Source: Nemertoderma westbladi (Eukaryota; Animalia; Xenacoelomorpha). From it: 64,000 nt of DNA. Positions 37,767-49,400 of this stretch are shown piece by piece; positions within the stretch are counted from its first letter, which is position 1, and the number at the start of each line of letters is the position of its first letter. The stretch lies in NCBI GenBank assembly GCA_032718475.1, contig JAUCBJ010008852.1, positions 28,720 to 92,719 of the forward strand, written 5' to 3'. A model generated the notes under the pieces. The model was not told the DNA's origin and ran no database searches. It saw only the letters and a list, made by a program, of their open reading frames with translations. The position numbers and the translations under genes were made by a program.

Positions 37767-39440
37767 GTCAGTGGGATGTAGGTTTGCTCTACAGTAGATA
37801 CCACCATAGTTAGAGTGCACAACTCAATAAATGTGTAATTATTCAATTAATTGCAAATAATTGAAATCCGCCAATGAAACAATAGATAAGAGTGATTACT
37901 CAATATGCAAACTACGTGAATTCATAATTGAATTTTCTAATAATAAGTCACTCAAATTTAAATAAATAAAATTAATAATACATTTTGTATAAGTAATAAT
38001 TAAACAGGAATTTAAAAGAACAATACTTACAATTGCTATTGAATTGTTTTAAATTGTTTATGAAATATTATCAATAATAACATTGCGAATCCTATTTTTA
38101 TCAATAACAACAATTATTATTATATCTGCACATTTTCATCAGCAATATTTTTTTAATGTTACAATTAATTTTGGATTAAAATAATACATTATCACAATTA
38201 ACTTGGTAGATAAATTTTTGCAAAGCAATTATACTGTATTATAATCAGCGGCTTTTATTCGCACAACAAATTACTCGGGGCGTCTATCTCAATTAAAACA
38301 AAAAAAACTGAATCAATCATAAAAATTACAAAAATCAAACGTTCATACAAAATTAAATAGCACTTTTGACAAACAATTAATCATATTGATGCGCATGTTT
38401 ATACAACGTGGGTATACTGCAGTGGCTGGTTTAGCCAATTTAGTTTCCAGTTTTTAATGGTGATGAAATTCGTTTTAAACAAAAAAGAAAATGGAAAAAT
38501 AGATTCAAACTAATGTGGAAAATAAAAAAGTTTAAAAATTAAAGTAGGAAATGCCATATTAAGTGATCGCAGATTGCTGCTTTATTCAAATTCATTACTC
38601 AATCCCGATGATACCTAATTGAGTACAACCGGCCCCTCCCAGGTTTATTTTATTACATTAAAGTAATTATGTTTTTACTATTGTTTGATATCTTTATTTC
38701 CTAGGTCAGTAGGTAGCATATAGTCTACCGACATTAGTTTGTGGAAACTCTTTCTCCGTTTGCTTATGTTTAAAACAATTTTCTTCACCAATAAATTAAA
38801 TTGGCTTAAATCCGCCATCGTAAGGTACGGATTTATATTTACAATAATATCAAAATTGTTTAATATTTTGTAAATATAATTTTATCGATGAAAAAGAATG
38901 TTAAAAACACCCGAAGTTATATTAATTAAAGATTGTAGAAAATAAAAATATTTGTTGTGGAAATTTAAATCGTTTTATATCAAGAATGATATATTTATTT
39001 AATTTCTCTATACAATAAAAATTACGTGAATTTATTAATGCGCTATGGGCATTGTTAGCTGTGAACTACTTACGAAATGTATCAGTTTATATACAGTATC
39101 AGACCCTATCTGCCAAATCATTGGTGTTATACAAGGCGATAAACGAAGTTAGGAAAATTCGCCCCCGAACACCCCCCCCCCCCCCCCCGGACAGTTCCCC
39201 CCGGACACTTCCCCCCCAGTTAATCTAATCCAGTTGTATCTAGTCAAATTTTTTCAAAATTATAAAAGAAACATTTTTATAGTCAAATTTTGTTTGTTTT
39301 TCATTTAATTGGGGGCTGCCGCCCCCAAACCCCAGCATTTCCCTGAGTGCCCGTGGTGAAAGACTTTGAGACCGTTTTGAAATAATCAATTCATGTTTGT
39401 ATCATAAGATAATAAATTGACTAAGCCTAAAGTAGGAGCT

Positions 39441-40603
39441 TGTAAAAGCTTTTGTGGGATAACTGATTCGTTTGCCTTGTTAACCAGTTCCCCCCCAGGC
39501 GCTGAATACTCTAAAAGGGGATCTATAACTCGAATAGCACAAGTTACCGGCTGATTGGCTGATTCGCTGTGCGAAGGGATCTGGGCTACGTTTGATTGTC
39601 CAACCAGCTTGGGAAAGTATCTGCCAATAGGATTTGAGTTGATTTTGATTTCGACCTATCACAGATCTACTGAACTGAATTTCCTATCTGTATGCTCTTT
39701 CTCTGTGTTGGGTGGAAGCCTTTGTAAATAAGGTTATTCTTATCAGTTTTCAGTGTTGTTGGTCTTTCTTTCCTAAGCCAGGAGAGAACGGCTTGTAAAT
39801 ATTTTGTGCTTTTCTGTTTTAGTCCAACACTAGTAGGCTTAATTATAAAGGGCATATATCCGTTATCAAACCAACACTTAATATCAAACTAATGAACTTA
39901 ACACACACGGAATCACTGTGCATACTTATATATTGTTATACTGCTATTTACTGTCAGTTCTTCATAATATGGTTGATGAATTATTATATTTGGAATAACG
40001 ATAAATAACCCCGAAACCCAATATTCTTGATATACCGAAGGTAAGAGAGAAAGGTTACATATAACGATTGTGACTTATGTTAAAGTGGTTTGAAGTGAAT
40101 CTAATGTTATTTGATAGACCCTACATGAGTCAGTCCGTGTTCCTTTTATATATAACTAAAATCAGTGAAGATCGGCAGATCAGTGTGCAGTATTGTGCAG
40201 CATTGTGTATGAGTGAGCCTGATAACGAAGCATTTCCTAAAGAATGCGCCATATATGTGAATTATAACTAAGCCATATCGTTGTGAGTAGTTTAAGTCAT
40301 AACTCTGTTTATATAGATAGAGCGCCACGTCCTAAAGGAACTGTTAATATTTCCCGAAGGTGAATAATATTGTCAGAGATTATATAATACTGTCAGTCGA
40401 ATAATACATTAGGCTTACATAGCAATAAAATTAAGCCGTCGAACCCAATCTCCCGGGTATATCCAGCGGGTGAATGATCGTGCACAGATTGGTTTCGACT
40501 AGTGTAGTGAATTAAATACTTGTCATAGACTAAATGTGATTTATTATCTAGAAGACATCCTAATTTGGCGGGTTAAACTGCCAAAGGTCTAAAAGCGCGA
40601 ACA
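39441..40603 (+). repeat. 5' LTR (1163 bp)
   Basis: TGTAAAAG...GCGAACA. By eye it differs from the 3' LTR at about 3 substitutions and one 1-bp indel. AATAAA at 40424. Confidence 0.97.
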
Positions 40604-40615
40604 ATAACGGATATA
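40604..40615 (+). promoter_or_regulatory. Non-canonical primer-binding site ATAACGGATATA (complementary to LTR 39855-39866)
   Basis: Abuts the LTR end; no TGG nearby; 12/12 reverse complement of TATATCCGTTAT inside the LTR. Confidence 0.65.
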
Positions 40616-40669
40616 GCTTCTTTATTGCAGTAAGCAATAAAGTTGAAAGTACCGGTCAACCGGTAAACC

Positions 40670-40800
40670 TGAACGGTACTTCAGTAGGTCAGTAGGCCCA
40701 ACCGCCAGAACCGGTACTGCCGTAGGTCCGTAGGTCCAACTGCCAGAACCGGTACTTCTGTAGGTCCGTAGGCCCAACTGTCCTAACCGGTACTTCCGTA
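40670..40800. repeat. About 39-bp tandem repeat (about 3.5 copies) in the retroelement leader
   Basis: Units resemble ACCGGTACTTC(A/T/C)GTAGGTC(A/C)GTAGG(C/T)CCAAC. Confidence 0.8.
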
Positions 40801-40969
40801 TAAGTACATTAGTATTATTCGATTTGATTGTTGCATACCGGTAGGCTGTTTAAGAGATTAGGGACTGTACACCCCTTGTTTCTTTTGGAGCTTACTTATT
40901 TCTGTCAGTTTTATTTTATTTGTAGGCCAGTATTGAACAGAAGGCGTGTAAGCCTGATCAGATTGTGCA

Positions 40970-41540
40970 GACAATTTGTAGGCTGAGCTGTTGTCTGATT
41001 GCTGTTAGGTCTGAACGGATTGCAGTGTGTGTAGATCACCTGTCCGATAAAGAACGGTTAGGAAGTAGGGGCAGCCAATGCTGTAAGGTAAACCCCCAAC
41101 TAAAGAATAAGTCGTACTACTGGGTTAGAACGCATACTACCTAATCATTTCGGAGTCTGCATGTCCTGTAGTTTATTTAGGCTTGAGAGTAGTCTGCCAT
41201 CGTTTAGTCTGTACTTTGATTGTGTAAGTCTGTACGGGTAGCGTATAATATTTATTTAGATAATTTGTAGGCTGGATAGTTGTCTGGCTGTTATTAGGTC
41301 TGAACGGATTGTAGTGTGTGTAGAGCCCTTGTCCGATAAAGAACGGTTAGGAAGTAGGGGCAGCCAATGCTGTAAGGTAAACCCCCAACTAAAGAATAAG
41401 TCGTACTACTGGGTTAGAACGCATACTACCTAATCATTTCGGAGTCTGCATATACCGTAGTTTGTTTAGGCTTGATGGTAGTCTGTCAGTATTTGGTCTG
41501 CATTTTGTTTGAGTAGTTTGTACGCGTAGCGTAATATTTA
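40970..41540. repeat. 289-bp tandem duplication in the leader with an identical core of about 120 bp
   Basis: 41041-41162 matches 41330-41451 while the flanking parts are diverged. Confidence 0.9.
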
Positions 41541-42856
41541 TTATTCAGAGTTTATGCGATTATTCGCAACATTCATTCCCCAAGTTTGTTCCTACAGTAA
41601 TTGTGTTTGTTATACATACCGCTATAGTTAAATTAACCCCGGTACTACACGGGCTGCTTGGCGTAGGTAAAGACTGGTGAGTTGTGCATCGGTCACTCCA
41701 GCAGATGCCGTGGTTCTTTTAGCTGTTCAAGTATTTTTAACTACTGATTATCTGATTGTACAAGTACTCGTACCTAATTTAGGGTTTAGTGTACAGTGCT
41801 TTCCGAAAGTAATTAGTGTAGGCATTATATTTGTGTTGTAAACTGGTTGATAGGCACGTTCGATTAGCTCTATTAACTTCTAGGTAGGGACACTCCGTGA
41901 TACATAACGTAGTACCTATAGCGATACGGCTATAGGTCGTCAGGCGGTAGTATTTTCCTATCTGGACAACGCAGTGTATCTACTACTACTTATTATTTTC
42001 AAATACCGTAGTACCCTGTCCGTTGTAATTACCAGATTTCTAACCCTTTGTTAGGCTGGTTTGTAGACTTCTTGTAAAATTACCCTGAAAATTCGTATTT
42101 TGTGTTTTTTGTAAATTTTTGTGTTTATTTAGAGATTGTAATCTCACCCGAATTGTAAGTAATTTGTAGTATTAAGTAACTTAGGTAAATTAGTATTATT
42201 TGTTTTAGTGTCCTATAAGTAACACTTCACTGAAAGCGTACCGCTTTGTGTAGTGATTACCCCCAGAAATAATAACATTTATTTCAAACATTGACAAAAC
42301 CCATTAAAACGGGTATATATATATTATAAATCAAATCTAACGATTTATAAATCGTAGGCCTACCATACAACCATTAGGTCTCAATATCAGTTGGACTACT
42401 GCTCAAATAACGGTAATAAAGTAAGTAAAGTAACAAAGTAACCCTAAAATTCAGAAATTCAATTATTTAAAATAATTGATATACCGGTATTTACGATAGG
42501 CCTATTATCTTCATTTCTATAAATTTAGGCTGAAACTATACCGGTACTTGTAATTAATTCTATTCCAGAATTATAATTATATACTACAAAACTGTAAGCT
42601 GTATACCGGTATTCCCGATAGGCCTATTATATATTTATATATATTTGTGCTAAAATTATACCGGTATTCTGTGATAAACCTAGTCTGTAATAATAGTTAT
42701 ATATACTATAAGCATACCGGTATTCTAATATATTATATATCACGCTACACTGAGTAGCAGTACCGGTAATTAATTACTAGGCTATCAGTTAATACTGAGT
42801 TACTAGACTTGCTCAGACTGTAATACAGCAGTAGACATTCAACTGTATACATAAAC

Positions 42857-44866
42857 ATGTCTGATACTAAGCAGAACCTGTCAGACAGTTTATTAGATGT
42901 AACTATCTGCGACTCAGATAGAGGCGTAGAACCTTCTAGTCGTAAGTTCAGTTCACCTCCCACTGTGAGGAAAGTCATCCCTCCAGTAGTAATAAAAGAA
43001 CCTAGGCTGGTCCAACATCGTAGGTCTATCATAGGCACTCGAGCTCAGGTCAAGCGGGACCAAGAAGCAGCGGAACAGCAACAACCCGCGAGACAAGAAC
43101 TTACTTCTCAACGGCCCAACAGCTCCAGTAGTGAGGATACTGTAGAACTGACACCAGAACGCGGAGCAAAGATGATGGATGCGGTTTATTCGGATCCCCT
43201 TCTCATCCTTCCTGCAGCCGTACTCACTAGGTTATTGATCGCTGTGGAAGAACACCAGATCGATTGGGCGAGAAGCCAGCGTTCAACTAGAGATAGTTAT
43301 GCTGGATACACAAGGGAAGAACTGAAGTCCATGGTCGAGTCGCAATGGAACTTCCCCGGACCCGGACTCCCGTTTGATTTATCAGAAGCTGCCTGGGAAG
43401 ACATACACCGGATGGGAGTAGCCAAGGAAACCATCGATCCCGCTGTGTGGAAGAGGTCCGCAGCCGGATACGCACAGGGATTCTTCAGCTCTATGGAGCG
43501 AGTAAAAGGACAACTGTTTCAACAACCACAAGGACCTCAAGAGCAGGGACAACTGCTTTATCAAGTGAGAGAAAGAATTCTACGAATCAGGCTAATATTA
43601 TCGGCCTTTGAGGAGGCTTCTAAACGAAGGCAAGACACGTCGTTGCAAGTTGCCGTAAAGACTTGGTTTCAAAGGGTGAGTCTCCAGGTTCAAGGAACAG
43701 CTCAGTGGAAAGCTCAGCTGGAGGAGCGCTCAACCCATGGAGAATCAACAGACGCTACTTTTTCCCAAGTGGAAAGTGAAGCGACGGCAGAGAAACCGCA
43801 TAAGAGGGATGCCATTGACATCTATCTGTCAGACTATCAACGTTTTTTAGGTGATGACGAGTTGAGGAGAAGGTTAGAGGGACTTAGCCCTAATAGTGAA
43901 GGAACCAAGCTTGTGTTGGATGCCATCGATGTGGAAATGAGGGCTGCGAATCAGGCTAAATTTGATGAACAACTCCGCATCACACGAGTCCAGGAAGAAC
44001 AAGTAAAGAAAAAAAGTATAGAAGACAGAAAAGCAGCGGCAGTAGCAGCAGCAGTGGCAGCTGCAGAAGCAGAAACAAAAGCGGCAGCGGCAGTGGCAGC
44101 AGCAGAGGCAAAAGCGGCAGTAGCAGCAGCAAAGGCAGCGGCCGAAGCGGAAGGACGCAAGCGGGAGGCAGTGGCAGAAGCCGAACGGAGAGCGACTGAA
44201 GAAACCACCCAATTAGAATTGGAAAACATTCAGGAGAATCAAGACTGCATAAATAAACAGTTAACAGCTAGTAATATGCAGATGATGAATCGATCTACTC
44301 CCAAAAGACAGGGATATACATCATCTGAGGAAGGCGATACCACCGATACTGAAGGCAAGGGAAATAGATCTCGTCTAAGTAGACGTAAAAGAACATTCCA
44401 CCGTCAGAAATTGCCTGATTTGCCTCCAGCTGTTAGAAGGCAACTAAATAACACCAACTTAGGTAGTACAGAGCCCACAGACCAAATAATTAAAATAGAA
44501 AGACTCCCTACTATAGTAGATGAGCCTGAAATAATTAGGCCTGTTCTTGAAATCACCCCTTCTGTGATAGATACACCTGTGCTCCCTGAAACTACCTCTA
44601 AATTCCCTCTGCATAGCACTAAGCTACCTGTGCCCCGTAGAACTGCCCAGGAGACAGTTCAGGTCCTGGACCCCGAGCGAAATATTCCTGATTTGTCGCC
44701 CGTTGTCCCTCGTCCGCTCGCTGCAACATTGGCGACTCCCGCTTCGGCGGTCGAATGGGTGGACGAGAGACGGCGGGGGATGGATCTCCTGCTCGGGCAG
44801 ATGCAGGAGACTGTCCAGCAATTCAAGGGCACACGTTCGTGGGGCCTTCGCGCAGCACGAGGCCCA
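42857..44866 (+). CDS. N-terminal part of the Bel/Pao polyprotein (long Gag extension with Ala/Glu-rich coiled coil)
   Basis: ATG-initiated ORF of 670 codons up to the insertion; rejoins 46410 in frame (RGP|VRESRLE). Confidence 0.75.
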
Positions 44867-44868
44867 GT

Positions 44869-46407
44869 TATGAGAAACAAATTAAAATTGAGCGACTGTA
44901 TCACAAAATCAGGTTTTGAGAAATTTACCCACACCACCAATCAATCAAAGAAAGGGGGACAGTACGTGTTCACCCCTTTTAACCCCCCCCCCCCACCCTT
45001 CCCAACCACCAATACATAACCGCGACATCTACCACCCACGGAAGGGTAGCACGAACTTATTTCCAATCGCACGTTCAATATGCAAAGCCAGGTGGTTTAT
45101 AGGAATATAATAAACGCAGTACTCGTATTCATTATAAGCCTCGTTGCGTTCGTCCTGTTTTGTATTTAAATATATTTCTTAAACGCAGGCTAGGACGTTC
45201 TTTATAATAATAATAACTAGGGATGCGATCAATATGTGAAGCCAGGTGGTTTATATAATAATTTAGTCAACGCAGTACTCGTCTTCATTATATGCCTCGT
45301 TGCGCTCGTCACTTGTCCTGTTTTGTTATAAAATATTTTTCCTAAACGCAGACTGACGATCTTTATACAGTTATAACTATGCGAAGTTTCGAAACTGTGC
45401 GAGTAACTGTTGATACATCTATGTGGATATGTGTGATATGTGGAGATGTGTGATACAACGCCAACGCATCTTATGCCGATGTAGTAATATGGGTATTGAA
45501 ATAATATTAAATTAATGTACACTCTTAAAGCTGCAGCGAAAAAATGTAGCTAATTTCCTAGGTTACATATAAAATAATAATATTATTTTTAAGAACATTA
45601 ATTTTACTACTTTGCAAAAATTCAATTAAAAAATAACCAGACATATACATTGTGGAATAAACTATTTCAGAAGCCTACACAACAGCCATGCCATGGATAG
45701 TATTTATGTTATGATATCTGTCATTTACCTGAGATAGCAATACAACATTTATAGTGAATTTAAAGAATGCTGTCTGGGCTGGAATAGCAATACTGGTTGT
45801 CTATTACTATTCCTCTCTGGTTAGTCTTAGCAACAACTCCCAGCCAGCAGCAGAGACTTGACCAATAATCATTCCCAGCAACTGGGAATGACACACACAT
45901 CCCATCTATGTACCAGCATGTTGGCCAATAAATGAGCAGTATTTAATGAGAATAAATTTTTTTGCCGTTTTAATTACTTTAGATCAATTAAAGACACAAT
46001 TATTAAAGCAAATCACTTGAACTAATTAAAAACTATAATAGAATGGCGTATGGGGATTACATCTGTATAATTTTTAATTATAATTATTTAAATCTTATAC
46101 TGTAAAACAATTAATTTCCTTTAAAAGGCAGGTTGAAAATGGTGTTTTTACCGTAATAACTTAATTAACTAATTAACTGCTATTATCTTAGCTTCTCGAA
46201 GGCCACACTGAAATTCTACTTGGAAAATTTCTAAACTTTTGCCAAACAACATGTGTACCAAGTTTGGATAGATTTCATCAAAGATTGGCCGAGTTATTAA
46301 CGTTTAAAATTGAACACGACAGAACGACAGAACGACAGAACGACAGAACGACAGGTTGATTAATGGTACCACTACGCTAAGGCTCACTCACTTCGTGGCT
46401 CGCCCCA
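44869..46407. mobile_element. Nested AT-rich non-autonomous insertion (Helentron/DINE-1-like features), flanked by CAGT
   Basis: Interrupts the ORF. Contains a 154-bp internal tandem repeat (45075/45229), an (ACGACAGA)n microsatellite at 46316-46354, a GTGTACCAAGTTTGG core and a GGCTCACTCACTTCGTGGCTCGCCCC end. Family assignment is inferred. Confidence 0.7.
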
Positions 46408-46409
46408 CA

Positions 46410-49400
46410 GTAAGGGAAAGTAGGTTAGAGTTGCAAGAAGTGCAGCAAAGTATCGCGCTAGAACGCGATAAATTAGTAAATACACAAAGGGGTATACCAC
46501 CACCCTCGGTAACAATGTGTCAGCCTGTTAGGTCTGAAGTATCTCATGCGCAAGGTGTGGAGCCTACACGCATATATACTGCTAGCGAAGTAGAAACTCC
46601 TATAGTGAACCCTATTAAGGGTAATTATATACCTGTTGATAATGACATTCCCTATAGAGCTGATCATAATCCGAGAAATTTATATACCGATAACTCGATA
46701 TTAAATAACACGATGGCCCAAGAAAGTTTTACGCGCCAAATGGCTAGAACCAAAGCCCGGCAAGCGGTAAAGGTGGGAGAGATCGTCAAGTTCAATGGAG
46801 ATGAGATGAAATGGTTACCTTTTAATGAATATTACAAAGATAACATACAGAACTCTGTACTATCTAATGGAGAGAAACTTAGATTCCTCATAGAGTGCTT
46901 GGAAGGATCTCCCAAGTCAATGGCGTTAAAATTTATTGGACATCCAGACGGATTAAGACAAGTTTGGGACACACTAAACATCAGGTATGGTAATAGGAAT
47001 AATATCGCTAAGTATTTATATGCAAAATTAGTAGCGCCCAGAAAGTTCATCAGCAGTGGGATAATAGAGTTTTCCGATGAGATTCAAGAGATCTGTAGAC
47101 AATTAGATTGGTTAGGTAAGTCTCATGAATACCAAAGTTCTATGGTCATTGGAGCTGTGGCTTCTACTTTACCGAAAGGTGGGGTAGGCACACGCTGGGA
47201 TAAGAAAGTACTATATATGATGGAACAACAACGACGAGACCCTACCATGGCTGATCTCATGTCATTCCTAGATGGAGAAGTGAAATTACAGCTCCTGAAA
47301 CTGTCCAGAGAGAAGACACCGGAAAACAAGGTAAGTGAAAAACCCGTCTCTAGGAGAAAGGTAACACCAGTGTGTTATACAGATGACGGCGAAAGCCAGA
47401 CTTCTCAAGGAGAAGATAGCGGGAAAGACACTGAGAGATCTTATTATGTCAATAAAATGCCTAAAGATCAGGTAAGTAAATTCAAGTCTCGAGCAAATGA
47501 CAGGAGAGAACAGGTAAGAAAAACTCCTCCCACGTCTCCCAAGAGAATTCCGGTGAGAAAGCCCGAAGAAAAGGCAAGTGTACACAATGTGACTCAAAAT
47601 AAGGTAAGTAACATCAAACCGAAATGTGCGCTGTGTGACGGTACCCACCGTTTGAATATGTGTGATGAATTCCTGAAGAAGTCATTAACGGAGAGACGCG
47701 AAGTCATGTGGGATAAGCGGTTATGTTATAATTGCCTCAGACAAGGACACCAACGGCGTACCTGTTTCTCTGACATAAGGTGTGCAAAGTGTGGTGCGAA
47801 ACATCATATCTTGTTGCACACTGAATTCGAGCGAAATAGTCCGAATCAGGTAAGTGATTCCGAGCTACATGTCCAATTCAGTGATGTGAACGACACTGAT
47901 CAATCTGAGATGGAAGGATTCTATACAGACGAGTTCTCCGACGAAAACGAATCCTGTTACATGATAAATACCGCAGTGTATCGAGCACTCACATATGAAA
48001 AGGATACAGACAACGACTTCACTCTAACTACTTCTGAGCGACAACCATCTTGGAAAGAGCCATCTTCCAATGTAGGGATCCGAGAGTTTCCTGTGGTGCA
48101 AGTAAGGGTTCACGGACCTAAGAGGAGTTATGTAGTGAACGCCCTCCTTGACTCCGGTAGTACAGGAACATTCATCGACAAAGAGCTAGCCGAAGATATA
48201 TTTGCTGGACAACCCAAGTTCCAAACTAAGCTCAACATGTCCGGCATTATGCAAGTTTGGAAATCTACAATAACAGCAGATTATTATGTAGGAGCGTTGT
48301 CCACCCCCCAGGACGAACTAGGAGAACATAGCATAAGGTCAGTGAAAATGGTGGCTATAAAGAACTTCGCTACTACTCAAGCAGACCTTTATAATTGGGA
48401 CGAGGATGAGAGCATCCAACATCTTAACATACCTCGATTTCAGACTGATTATCCTGGAGTGCAAATACTCATCGGCCAAAACGCGCATGAGGCGCTAGAG
48501 ACATTAGAGAAACGGCCTGCTCAACCGCAGCCACTACAGACCTATGCGGTAAGAACTAGAGTAGGTTGGTACTTTACTGGCCCTTCCCGTAGAACACTCA
48601 GAGAAAGACTACCGCAAGAGCGCGTCTACCAGGTGAGTGAATGGGAAGATGATACTAGTGAGGGAGACGATTTAACTGAGGGAACCCCATACTCCTCAGA
48701 TAACGACGACATTCACCAGCTTTTTGATGAGGAGAATACCATCGATCTCCTTAAGGAAAACGAGGCTTGGCAAAACCAAGTGAACTTATGTCAACTTCTT
48801 TATCCATCTGAACGAGAAGCTTATAACGACGAGTTAAATGACGTCATTGAGCGTCATAATGCCAAGACTCGAGATGAACATGCCGTACGATTCTTTACGC
48901 AAGAGGCGGTAGAGCCCAATTCCTACGATAAAGCCTTGTCGGTGGAAGAGGAAAGGGCCAAGCAGATCCAAGAGACAACTACACGTTTCCTCAAAGATCA
49001 AGGTAGGTATGAAGTCGGTCTACCTTTCCGCAAGAAAGAACCGAAGTTCATCAATAACAGACCCTTGGCGGAAAAAAGAATCACGCAACTCCATCGACGC
49101 CTTACGGCTAATTCTTCAGCTAAAGCAATGTATCAAACACAGCTGGAGAAATTTATTAGTAAGGGATACGCGGAGAGAGTACCGGAAGAAACACCTGTGA
49201 CTGAAAGAACGTATTACTTAACTCACCATTACGTTCCTAAACTCGGTAAGCCACATGAAGTGAGAGTAGTGTTTGATGGCTCCGCTCTTTACATGGGTCA
49301 ATCCCTTAACTCTGAATTGTTACCCGGACCCAACTTGCTTCAATCTTTGTTGGGAATTCTTTTAAGATTGAGACAATATTCGATTGCTTTCGCCTCCGAT

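Noticed and set aside
39480-40328. Small ORFs duplicated at 55611-56460
   Set aside because: They are repeated only because they lie in the two LTRs; no recognisable motifs.
44867-46410. Nested insertion as a spliceable intron (GTTATG...CCACAG)
   Set aside because: Splicing at this GT-AG pair removes one base too many and creates CCA-TAA (stop), so it does not restore the frame.
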